56,071 bases of DNA from an uncultured virus (IMG/VR IMGVR_UViG_3300024272_000044) (IMGVR_UViG_3300024272_000044); one strand, 5' to 3'. Shown: positions 20,499-28,611, counted from the first letter of the stretch. Numbers and translations: made by a program. The notes: generated by a model from the letters alone, not told the origin.

Positions 20499-20645
20499 AA
20501 AAAACTACTTGACAAATAATGGTAAATATGATATAGTTAATATATCAAGTGAAGCGAACAAATAGAAATAAAAAAATAAAAAGTTCAAAAAACTACTTGA
20601 CAAACTGCTTTAAATATGATATACTAAATATATCAAATGAAGCAA
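20499..20645 (+). promoter_or_regulatory. Tandemly duplicated strong promoter driving the tRNA/ncRNA cluster
   Basis: TTGACA(20509)-17-TATAGT and TTGACA(20597)-17-TATACT within an ~88-bp imperfect direct repeat. Confidence 0.85.
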
Positions 20646-20674
20646 ATAAAAAATAAGGTTATAAGGAGAACAAT

Positions 20675-20818
20675 ATGAATCTTAATCAGAATTCAAATGT
20701 AAACAGTAAAAGAGGAAAGCATACAGCTTATGCAAGATGGACTTCAATTATGAGAAAACTCAGTAATGAAATTGAGGGAGAAAAGCAGAGAGCAAAATCT
20801 GCAATCAATGATAAATAG
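20675..20818 (+). CDS. 47-aa hypothetical protein (not in ORF track)
   Basis: MNLNQNSNVNSKRGKHTAYARWTSIMRKL...; AGGAG RBS. Confidence 0.65.
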   Translation: MNLNQNSNVNSKRGKHTAYARWTSIMRKLSNEIEGEKQRAKSAINDK

Positions 20819-20917
20819 CCAATTTCGAATCTCTGGATTCTTTGTTTTTTGTCATAAAGCAGTGGAACTCAACCTTATTCTAAAATGAATAAGCCGTTAA
20901 AGGCGGCACTCCTTTCA

Positions 20918-21006
20918 GCACCCTTAGCTCATTAGGTGAGAGCCACGACCTTATAAGTCGTAAGCCCTAGCAAGGTATAAGCCCAGTTCGAATCTGGGAG
21001 GGTGTA
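20918..21006 (+). tRNA. tRNA-Ile(UAU) with long variable arm
   Basis: GCACCCT/AGGGTGT acceptor, ACGAC-CTTATAA-GTCGT anticodon arm, CCCAG-TTCGAAT-CTGGG T arm; no encoded CCA. Confidence 0.8.
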
Positions 21007-21011
21007 CTTAT

Positions 21012-21084
21012 TGCTCCTTCGCCAAGCGGTAAGGCACAGGACTTTGACTCCTGCATTACACTGGTTCGAATCCAGTAGGGGCAG
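21012..21084 (+). tRNA. tRNA-Gln(UUG)
   Basis: TGCTCCT/AGGGGCA acceptor, CAGGA-CTTTGAC-TCCTG, ACTGG-TTCGAAT-CCAGT. Confidence 0.9.
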
Positions 21085-21157
21085 TCGTTGTAGAAAATCT
21101 TTTTTAAATAATCCTCCTTTCCTTTTTAGGTGCTGTGTAGGAAGTCCCTACACAATC

Positions 21158-21227
21158 GGGAATGTAGCTCAGTAGGTAGAGCAATGACTTTAAGTCGTAG
21201 ACGTGGGTTCGACTCCCACCGTTCTTG
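21158..21227 (+). tRNA. tRNA-like element with 5-nt anticodon loop
   Basis: Canonical D arm (GCTC...GAGC) and T arm (GTGGG-TTCGACT-CCCAC); anticodon arm ATGAC-TTTAA-GTCGT. Confidence 0.7.
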
Positions 21228-21301
21228 TTTACCAATGTCTAGCCTATAAAACGTTGGTGTAATAAAGTTTAAAAGATTCAAAGTTTAAAAGAAAGGTTAA
21301 A

Positions 21302-21958
21302 ATGGTGAAAATCATGGCAACAAATGAAAAGATGACAATTCATAAAGCATTAGCAGAATTAAAGCTTTTAGATAATAGAATTCTTTCTTCTATTATGAAT
21401 GGTTCATTTTGTGTAGCAAATAAACATTCAAACGATAAAATCAAAGGCGTGTCAGTTGAAGAATATAAAACTGTTATGCAGGGAAACTACGACAAGGCAT
21501 CTGATTTGATTAAGAGAAGAAACGCTATTAAAAAAGCTGTTGTATTGTCAAACGCAGTAACAAAAGTAAAAATTAATGGTATTGAATACACAGTGGCAGA
21601 AGCTATTGAAATGAAAAATCATGGTGTTACTTTTGATGAACACATGCTCCTTGAATTACAGAAACAGTATAACAGAGCTCAGGCTGAAATCCTTAGAGAA
21701 AACGGCTCTGAACTTGAAAAAAGAGCAGAACAGTATGTAATTGGTGCATTTGGTTCTAAAGAGGGCAAGGTGAATACAGAAGAATATGAAAAGGCTAGAA
21801 TGCAGTTCATTAAAGCAAATACATACGAACTTGTAGACCCTATCAAGATTCTGGATAAGATTAACGCATTAGAAGAACATATTAACACATTCAAGGCAGA
21901 AGTAGACGCTGCGCTTTCAGTATCTAATGCAATTACAGAAATTGAAGTTAACTACTAA
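21302..21958 (+). CDS. Coiled-coil protein resembling the DIP1984/DUF6847 family
   Basis: MTIHKALAELKLLDNRI, SNAVTKV...YTVAEAI, LVDP...EVDAALSVSNAITEIEV pattern recalled from that family. Confidence 0.6.
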   Translation: MVKIMATNEKMTIHKALAELKLLDNRILSSIMNGSFCVANKHSNDKIKGVSVEEYKTVMQGNYDKASDLIKRRNAIKKAVVLSNAVTKVKINGIEYTVAEAIEMKNHGVTFDEHMLLELQKQYNRAQAEILRENGSELEKRAEQYVIGAFGSKEGKVNTEEYEKARMQFIKANTYELVDPIKILDKINALEEHINTFKAEVDAALSVSNAITEIEVNY

Positions 21959-21994
21959 ATAGTAGAAAGCTACTTATGTAGTTAATATAAATTG

Positions 21995-22396
21995 GTTATT
22001 CGCTGTTTATTGAAAACTTTAGACTACAACTCATAAGTCTTTTAGGGGTGCTTAGACTTATGTAAAACAATAAAGAAACACCTCTTCTTCTTAAAAGCTG
22101 AGATTTAGAAAAACAACAGAGGAAAAGATTGGAAATCTTTTTATTTGATTGTTTATCAAAATGGGTAAGTGTGTTAAACTTATAGCCAAATATTGATAAA
22201 TATTTACATAGTGGGACTGTAAAGTTTAAAGTTGTAAAACTCAAATAATAAAGTTAAAAATTCAAAGTTTATTTCATGAGTCAAAGTTAAAAGAATAAAT
22301 AGTAAAGTTATAAAGATTTACAAAATCCTTGATATACAGTTTAGTTTAGTTGTACATGACTATAAGCATCTGCAAGGCTGGTAAATAGCGAATAAC
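21995..22396 (+). ncRNA. Candidate ~400-nt structured ncRNA
   Basis: Ends pair (GTTATTCGCTGTTTATT with GGTAAATAGCGAATAAC); internal hairpins, possible pseudoknot, AAAGTT repeat tract; no + strand ORF. Confidence 0.7.
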
Positions 22397-22403
22397 ATAT
22401 TAA

Positions 22404-22482
22404 TGCAAGATAGTGTAAATGGATAACACGAATCTTATAGCAAAGCTAAGATTAAACTAAGGTTCAAATCCTTATCTTGCAA
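22404..22482 (+). tRNA. tRNA-like element with expanded (13-nt) anticodon loop
   Basis: TGCAAGA/TCTTGCA acceptor, GTGT/ACAC D stem, AATCT-TATAGCAAAGCTA-AGATT, TAAGG-TTCAAAT-CCTTA. Confidence 0.7.
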
Positions 22483-22527
22483 TTGTAACTTATTAACAAG
22501 GTTTTAAATAATGAATGAAAAAGAAGT

Positions 22528-23691
22528 ATGAAAGTTTATAAAGAAAGACAGTTTTTAATTTTTGATTTTGAAGATGGCAAGACAGTAAAATATAATTTCG
22601 CTACAAAAGAATGTATTGGAAAAAAAGGTAAACCAGTAACTAATTTGTGCTCTCAGTTAAGAGGGTTGACAATGGATGATGTTATTAATTGTTGTGAAGA
22701 TGAGAAGTATGCAAAGTTTCTTTCATTTGTTAAAAGAACATATTCAAGCAGATTTCATGACATTAATAACGTTGGAACAATTTTAGATAAGATTCCACGT
22801 TATGCAAAATACGAACAGATTTTTTCTGCTGGAATTGAAGATATTATTAATACTCGTAATTTCTCATATACAATCAATGACATTCCAAAAGCATTAATTA
22901 AATTATGTAAAACACATAGTATTAAATTATCAGATAGCTTTTTAAAAAATTATAAAGAAAATCCAGACGGATATCAACTTGCGTATAAGCTTGAATATAT
23001 GTCATTAACAGATGATGAAATTAATAGCATATTACATAATACAAAATCTGTAAAAAAATATTACGGAGAAAGAACATGGGATTATAACTGGGTTAGTGTT
23101 TCAACATTTAATAAGCTTATTTCAGAATATGGATATACAGTAAAAGGATTAATGAATTATCTTGATTATTTGATGACATTTGAAGCCATTATTCCAAGTA
23201 GCGCATTGGGTGAAATTTATGATTATGCATCTATGATGAAACAAATTAGTGATAAATTTGATAAATACCCTAGACATTTTCTTACAACACATCAGATTGC
23301 TTGTAGAAACTATGATAGATTAAAACAGCAGTTTAAAGAAGAAAAATTCAAAGATAGAATTAATAAAGATATGGAGAAAACGTTTGGAGAGTATAGATTC
23401 TTTTATCCAAATTGTACTCAGGATATCAAAGATGAAGCCGTTGCTCAGAACAACTGTGTAGCATCATATATCCAAAGAGTTATTGATGGTCAGTGTCATA
23501 TTTTATTCTTAAGATATAAAGACGCACCAAGCGAAAGCCTCGTAACAATTGAGGTTAGAAACGATAAGATTGTCCAAGCATTACAGAGATACAATCATCC
23601 TCTTACAAAAGAACAGAAAGAGATTGTAGAAAAATGGAATGTTTGGTGGTCAAATAAAATTAAAAATGAAAGAAAAGAAAGTGAGGGCTAA
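22528..23691 (+). CDS. PcfJ-domain protein
   Basis: C-terminal EAVAQNNCVASY...ILFLR...SLVTIEV...IVQA. Confidence 0.8.
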   Translation: MKVYKERQFLIFDFEDGKTVKYNFATKECIGKKGKPVTNLCSQLRGLTMDDVINCCEDEKYAKFLSFVKRTYSSRFHDINNVGTILDKIPRYAKYEQIFSAGIEDIINTRNFSYTINDIPKALIKLCKTHSIKLSDSFLKNYKENPDGYQLAYKLEYMSLTDDEINSILHNTKSVKKYYGERTWDYNWVSVSTFNKLISEYGYTVKGLMNYLDYLMTFEAIIPSSALGEIYDYASMMKQISDKFDKYPRHFLTTHQIACRNYDRLKQQFKEEKFKDRINKDMEKTFGEYRFFYPNCTQDIKDEAVAQNNCVASYIQRVIDGQCHILFLRYKDAPSESLVTIEVRNDKIVQALQRYNHPLTKEQKEIVEKWNVWWSNKIKNERKESEG

Positions 23692-23694
23692 ATT

Positions 23695-24279
23695 ATGTTA
23701 GCTAAAGGAGACAAATTAATCGTAACAAAAGATGTAACAAGCTTCTTAAAAAAAGGAGACATCGCAGAAGTAATTGGTGTTGATGGTGGTATTATTTCAT
23801 TTGCATTTGGTGAACACATGATGCACAAAGGAGTAATGAGCACAGATGAATATAATGAATATTTTGAAAAATATGTAGAACCAAAAGCAGCTCCAACAGT
23901 AACAGAAGAAATGATTAAACGTATTGTTGCAAAATCAAATATTGAAATTCAGACAATTTATGATAAGTGTACTATTGTAACATGCGAACTTCCAAACGGA
24001 TTTGTTATTGTAGAATCATCTGCATGCGTAAGCCCAGATAATTATGATGAAGAAATGGGATTTGAAATCTGCGTGGATAAAATTATTGATAAAATTTGGG
24101 AGCTTGAAGGATATAAACTTCAGAGTGAATTATATGAAGAAGAATGCGACTGTAACGGATGTTATGATTGTTGTGAATATTGTGATGAATGTGATGAGTG
24201 CGATGAAATTGATGAATGTCTTGACACAGATTTAGACTGTGACGATTGCGAACATCGTGCCGAGTGCTGGGGAGAATAA
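23695..24279 (+). CDS. Phage gp49/66-family (Acb4-like) domain protein with Cys/acidic tail
   Basis: TIVTCELPNGFVIVESSACVSPDNYDEEMG...KIWELEGY. Confidence 0.75.
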   Translation: MLAKGDKLIVTKDVTSFLKKGDIAEVIGVDGGIISFAFGEHMMHKGVMSTDEYNEYFEKYVEPKAAPTVTEEMIKRIVAKSNIEIQTIYDKCTIVTCELPNGFVIVESSACVSPDNYDEEMGFEICVDKIIDKIWELEGYKLQSELYEEECDCNGCYDCCEYCDECDECDEIDECLDTDLDCDDCEHRAECWGE

Positions 24280-24291
24280 GGAGAATATAAA

Positions 24292-25053
24292 ATGAAAAAA
24301 GGTTTATTGATTTTGTTTATGGCTCTTTCGTTGATGGTAATTCCTTGCTGTTCAACGAAAGCAGAAACACAGAGTAGCACAAAAACAAGCGAAACAAAAA
24401 CAAATGAAACTAAAAAACCAGAAGTAGAAAAAATTATTGAAGCAACAGAAGTAAAGAATTGGAAAATGGCTATTCCATTAGATATTACAGACGAATATTT
24501 AGATATGCTTTTCAGTAATGAATATGATGAATACAAAACTTTATATACTACAACATATTTAAATATGAGACCATTTCCAAATATCACTTCAAACGTTACA
24601 AAAGTGTTAAAGCCATATACAGAAGTAACAGCAATGTCTGATTATAATGGTTGGACAAAAATTTCAGTATTAAATGAAAATGGAAGATATAGTCACTTCT
24701 ATCTTTGGAACGAATACTTAATGGACGAAGAAACAAAAAATGAAAAAATTAAAGCAGCAGAAGAAAAAGCAAGCGAATACTTAGGCAACTTTAGATTAAC
24801 AGCATATTGCAACTGCTCTAAATGTTGTGGAAAATGGGCTGGTGGCGCAACAGCAAGTGGCACTATGCCATCAGCTGGAAGAACAGTTGCTATGGGCGGT
24901 GTTGCCTTTGGCACAAAACTTTTAATTAATGGACATGTGTATACAGTTGAGGACAGAGGAACTCCGTATGGTCATGTAGACATTTATTTTAACAGTCATA
25001 GCGAAGCATTGCAGTTTGGCTCAAGACATGCAGACGTATACAAAGTAAATTAA
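24292..25053 (+). CDS. Exported SH3 + 3D-domain cell-wall-acting protein
   Basis: Signal peptide, LNMR...NGWTKI SH3b, LTAY...TASG...VEDRG...HVDIYF 3D motifs. Confidence 0.8.
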   Translation: MKKGLLILFMALSLMVIPCCSTKAETQSSTKTSETKTNETKKPEVEKIIEATEVKNWKMAIPLDITDEYLDMLFSNEYDEYKTLYTTTYLNMRPFPNITSNVTKVLKPYTEVTAMSDYNGWTKISVLNENGRYSHFYLWNEYLMDEETKNEKIKAAEEKASEYLGNFRLTAYCNCSKCCGKWAGGATASGTMPSAGRTVAMGGVAFGTKLLINGHVYTVEDRGTPYGHVDIYFNSHSEALQFGSRHADVYKVN

Positions 25054-25067
25054 TATAAGCAATAAAA

Positions 25068-25098
25068 TTATAGGGCGTGTAAAATACATGCCCTATAA
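25068..25098. terminator. Intergenic hairpin / terminator
   Basis: TTATAGGGCGTGT-AAAAT-ACATGCCCTATAA. Confidence 0.55.
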
Positions 25099-25113
25099 CA
25101 TTAGAGGTGAGAA

Positions 25114-25746
25114 ATGAAGACATCAGAATTATTTGAAAAAGAATTAAATCTTATTAAAAACGAACATATGAGAAATGTTGTAGCAAACACATTAAATGCA
25201 AGCCCAGAGTGCATTCAGACAATTCCAGCGTCATCATCTGGAAGATATCATCCGTCATATTCTTTAGGAGATGGAGGGCTTGTAAGACACGTAAAAGCAA
25301 CAGTCGGAATTGCTTGGTCAATGATTGAATCAGATGTATTAAAAGGATTATTAAATAGAGATGATTATAGTGATATTTATGAAGATATTGTTTACGCATC
25401 TTTAATTTTACATGATTGTTGCAAACCAGATGACACACCAAAACATAGCACACGTTTTGACCATCCTTTAGTTGCTGGCAATTTATTTGTATCAACAGTA
25501 ACAGAATATTTTAAGAACAATAAACTGTCGGACAATGATATGGATTATATGAGAAAGGCTGTTCCTTTAACTGTTATGTGTATCAAATCTCATATGGGGA
25601 AATATAACACCGCTCCATATGCAAAAGGAGTTGTATTGCCAAAACCATCTAAGAACTTAGAATGGTTTGTGCATTCTTGTGATTTATTAAGTTCTAAGAA
25701 ATATCTTGAATTTGATTTCGATAAATATTATAAAACATTAAAATAA
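25114..25746 (+). CDS. HD-domain phosphohydrolase
   Basis: PASSSGRYHP, GGLVRH, LILHDCCK, SHMG, VHSCD. Confidence 0.85.
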   Translation: MKTSELFEKELNLIKNEHMRNVVANTLNASPECIQTIPASSSGRYHPSYSLGDGGLVRHVKATVGIAWSMIESDVLKGLLNRDDYSDIYEDIVYASLILHDCCKPDDTPKHSTRFDHPLVAGNLFVSTVTEYFKNNKLSDNDMDYMRKAVPLTVMCIKSHMGKYNTAPYAKGVVLPKPSKNLEWFVHSCDLLSSKKYLEFDFDKYYKTLK

Positions 25747-25764
25747 AATTTTTTAAAAAAGTAC

Positions 25765-25793
25765 TTGACAAAGTTAAGATAATAAGCTATAAT
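25765..25793 (+). promoter_or_regulatory. Sigma-A-type promoter
   Basis: TTGACA(25765)-17-TATAAT(25788). Confidence 0.85.
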
Positions 25794-25878
25794 CATACTT
25801 GTAAAAGATGTTAAATCTTAACAGTTGGTTATAGCTTTTATACTGTTAAGGTTATATATTAAAAGGAAGGTAGATAAA

Positions 25879-26499
25879 ATGAGTAATAAAAAAGCAGATT
25901 TATCAAAAGTAAGAGTAGAAGTGAGATGGCACGAAGATATGTGGCAAGAAGTTAAAAATGCTACAATGACCACAATTGGAAGGGACAGTGGCAAATACCC
26001 AGACTCTGATTGGAAAAAAAGATTGCTAATGGCTGAACATTCTCCAATCAGAATTCCGCATATTATTGTAAAAGTTTATGACGCGCCACAATTTGTTCAT
26101 GGGCATTTAGTTAGACATAGCCTTGGTGCAACCCCATTTGTATCAACATTAAGAAGTGATAGAAATAATTATGATGAAGTTCCGAATAGAAATACATTGC
26201 AAAGTGCCGAATATATTTTTAATTTTCAGGCTTTTATAAATATTTCTAGAAAAAGATACTGTAATTGTGCAAGCTATGAAACAAGATATGTATGGGATAA
26301 AATTGTAAATGCATTTAAAGAATTAGAACCAGAATTACATAGTTTGTGTGTTAGAGAATGTGTATATAGAAATGGGTTGTGTCCTGAAATGTTCACATGC
26401 GAATATAACAAAAAAGAAGCATTCAAAAAAGAATTAAAAGAATATACGGAGTTTATTAAGGAACAAATTTGTAGCGACACAAATATTTGGAAGGAGTAG
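25879..26499 (+). CDS. thyX: FAD-dependent thymidylate synthase-like protein
   Basis: EHSPIR, HLVRH, SRKRYC...ET, CVYRNGLCPE; start at 25879 after AGGAAGG. Confidence 0.75.
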   Translation: MSNKKADLSKVRVEVRWHEDMWQEVKNATMTTIGRDSGKYPDSDWKKRLLMAEHSPIRIPHIIVKVYDAPQFVHGHLVRHSLGATPFVSTLRSDRNNYDEVPNRNTLQSAEYIFNFQAFINISRKRYCNCASYETRYVWDKIVNAFKELEPELHSLCVRECVYRNGLCPEMFTCEYNKKEAFKKELKEYTEFIKEQICSDTNIWKE

Positions 26500-26502
26500 A
26501 AT

Positions 26503-26715
26503 ATGGACGATTTAATTAGTAAAAGAGAGCTTTTAACTAATCTCATTCATTGTAAAGGATTAGGAAGACAAGCATTTCAAGTATTAATTGACTTTTTAGA
26601 TGACTATCCAATAGAAGTTAACATGAATAAAATAAAAGAACAGATTAAAGAAGTAAGCATTTCAAGAAAAGATATGATTACAATATTTGACATTTTAGAT
26701 AAGGGTGGTATTTAA
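26503..26715 (+). CDS. Hypothetical protein
   Basis: ORF with AGGAG RBS. Confidence 0.65.
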   Translation: MDDLISKRELLTNLIHCKGLGRQAFQVLIDFLDDYPIEVNMNKIKEQIKEVSISRKDMITIFDILDKGGI

Positions 26716-26716
26716 A

Positions 26717-26866
26717 ATGTGCCAGAAGTTGACGAAAGAAGAAAAAACTACTTTACTCGACCTTATAATTAACGAACAAGTAAAACATATGATAGCAAAA
26801 GATAGATATGATACAGATGAATATATTTTTCTTGAACAACTTAAAGCAAAAGTTAGAGATATGTAA
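26717..26866 (+). CDS. 49-aa hypothetical protein (not in ORF track)
   Basis: MCQKLTKEEKTTLLDLII...; fills the gap in the operon. Confidence 0.55.
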   Translation: MCQKLTKEEKTTLLDLIINEQVKHMIAKDRYDTDEYIFLEQLKAKVRDM

Positions 26867-26877
26867 AGGAGTAGATT

Positions 26878-27423
26878 ATGATTGTATTGGTAGGAGAATC
26901 AGCTAGTGGTAAATCTAGTATTGAAAAATATTTAGTAGAAAATGATGGCTATAAAAAAGTTGTTTCATATACAACTAGACAGCCTAGAGACGGTGAAGTA
27001 GATGGTGTTGACTATCACTTCACCGATGATAAAACATTTTTACAATTAAAAAATGAGGGATTTTTTGCAGAGACTGCTGTATATAACGGATGGCATTATG
27101 GAACTGCAAAAGAAGATTGTACAGATGATAAAATTGCAGTGCTTACACCACATGGATTAAGACAAGTAAGTAAAATTAATGGCATTAATATAATCTCATT
27201 TTATATCAATGTCCCTCGTAGAGATAGACTAATTAAAATTCTTCAACGTGGCGATAATATTGAAGAAGCGTACAGAAGAAGCTTGTCTGATGTTGGTCAG
27301 TTTGATGGAATCGAAGACGAGGTTGACTTTGTAATATACAATGATGGGTACGAAAAATCAATTCAAGGAATGTCGTCAGAAATCAAAGTTAAAATTGATA
27401 GAAAAAAATATTTCAACTATTAA
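26878..27423 (+). CDS. gmk: Guanylate kinase-like protein
   Basis: GESASGKS, SYTTRQPRDGEVDGVDYHF, YNGWHYGT. Confidence 0.9.
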   Translation: MIVLVGESASGKSSIEKYLVENDGYKKVVSYTTRQPRDGEVDGVDYHFTDDKTFLQLKNEGFFAETAVYNGWHYGTAKEDCTDDKIAVLTPHGLRQVSKINGINIISFYINVPRRDRLIKILQRGDNIEEAYRRSLSDVGQFDGIEDEVDFVIYNDGYEKSIQGMSSEIKVKIDRKKYFNY

Positions 27424-27442
27424 AGTTATAGGAGGTGTAAAT

Positions 27443-27604
27443 ATGGATACTATGTTTTTTAATTTTGTTATGAGTGTAATATGTGGAGCTCTTGCATTCT
27501 ATCATGGATATCATACAAAAAATATTGCGTTTATGACAATGGATGCTGTATGTGCAATTATTAATTTACCATATGCGATTAAATGGTTAATATCAATTTT
27601 TTAA
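27443..27604 (+). CDS. Small two-TM membrane protein
   Basis: Start 27443 after AGGAGG; two hydrophobic segments. Confidence 0.65.
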   Translation: MDTMFFNFVMSVICGALAFYHGYHTKNIAFMTMDAVCAIINLPYAIKWLISIF

Positions 27605-27622
27605 TGATAAGGAGTAATATAA

Positions 27623-27700
27623 ATGAATAAATATTATTTAAGCCCAGAAGATGACGATGATGATGATGAGTTCTGGGAAGATGAAATTTATAACGATTAA
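27623..27700 (+). CDS. 25-aa highly acidic peptide (not in ORF track)
   Basis: MNKYYLSPEDDDDDDEFWEDEIYND; AGGAG RBS. Confidence 0.5.
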   Translation: MNKYYLSPEDDDDDDEFWEDEIYND

Positions 27701-27724
27701 AACTAAGATTTTAAGAGGTAAGCA

Positions 27725-27952
27725 ATGACAGAACAAACACTTAAAGAAGGGCAAGAAATTTCAAGAACAATTGAATACATTAGAGAGTTAAGAAGGTGTA
27801 TGTTTAGTGCTCCTATAATAAAAGAAAACTCTAACACTAGAGATTATATATATTTGTCTTGGGCAGATAAAAATGGAGATTTAAAAAATACAATTATTAA
27901 CTGGTGTGACAATGAAATTAAAAGGTTGCAAACAAGATTTGATGAGTTATAA
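27725..27952 (+). CDS. Hypothetical protein, bracketed by two TAAAA-N6-TTTTA sites
   Basis: Sites at 27698 and 27950. Confidence 0.7.
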   Translation: MTEQTLKEGQEISRTIEYIRELRRCMFSAPIIKENSNTRDYIYLSWADKNGDLKNTIINWCDNEIKRLQTRFDEL

Positions 27953-27976
27953 AACTTAAATTTTATGAGGTGTGAT

Positions 27977-28372
27977 ATGAAAATAGGATTCTACCCAGTT
28001 GTTGGAGACTTCCTTCATGCTGGACATGTAATTGCAATTGAAGAAGCAAAAGAAAATTGTGATTATTTAATAGTAGGGCTAAACTGTTTTCCAGATAATA
28101 AACAGCCAATTCAATCTATTTATGAAAGATTCATGCAATTAAGAGCTGTAAAATTTATTGATGAAATTATACCATATCAGGGCAAAAAAGATTTGGAGCT
28201 ATTAGCATCCAGCCTTAATTATTCTATTAGATTTCTCGGTGATGATTATAGGGATAAAGATTGGGATGGCAAAGAAGTTGAAACAAAATTAAACAAAACT
28301 CCACACTATTTACATAGACAACATTCTTTAAGCTCTACAGAATTAAAAGAAAGAATTAAAAGCAATATATAA
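27977..28372 (+). CDS. Cytidylyltransferase (TagD/glycerol-3-phosphate CT-like)
   Basis: GDFLHAGH, LIVGL, ER...VDEI-like, GDDY, SSTELKERI. Confidence 0.8.
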   Translation: MKIGFYPVVGDFLHAGHVIAIEEAKENCDYLIVGLNCFPDNKQPIQSIYERFMQLRAVKFIDEIIPYQGKKDLELLASSLNYSIRFLGDDYRDKDWDGKEVETKLNKTPHYLHRQHSLSSTELKERIKSNI

Positions 28373-28388
28373 ACGGAAGGTATATAAA

Positions 28389-28550
28389 ATGAATAACAAA
28401 ACAATTAAAAGATTTGATATTACAATTAAACTAAGAGGTGATAATGTATATGATTTATATGTAAATGATGAGTGGGTCTCATCTCGTGGTCATTACAAAA
28501 ACATCTTAGACGAAGCAAAGAGAGTAATTGAAGATTCTTTAATTAAGTAA
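28389..28550 (+). CDS. 53-aa hypothetical protein (not in ORF track)
   Basis: MNNKTIKRFDITIKLRGDNVYDLYVN...; GGAAGG RBS. Confidence 0.6.
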   Translation: MNNKTIKRFDITIKLRGDNVYDLYVNDEWVSSRGHYKNILDEAKRVIEDSLIK

Positions 28551-28551
28551 T

Positions 28552-28591
28552 AATAAACCTTGCAGATAAAAATAGTTCTGCAAGGTTTATT
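28552..28591. terminator. Bidirectional intrinsic terminator between convergent genes
   Basis: AATAAACCTTGCAGA-N10-TCTGCAAGGTTTATT. Confidence 0.85.
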
Positions 28592-28611
28592 TTATTATGA
28601 TATAATCCTAG

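Noticed and set aside
21158..21227. Ochre suppressor tRNA / stop-codon recoding
   Set aside because: Requires a 4-bp anticodon stem; TAA and TAG terminate genes normally and long genes are intact in the standard code.
21996..22244. 82-aa - strand ORF over the ncRNA region
   Set aside because: Antisense to a uniformly + strand arm, no RBS seen, no recognisable domain; RNA structure explains the region better.
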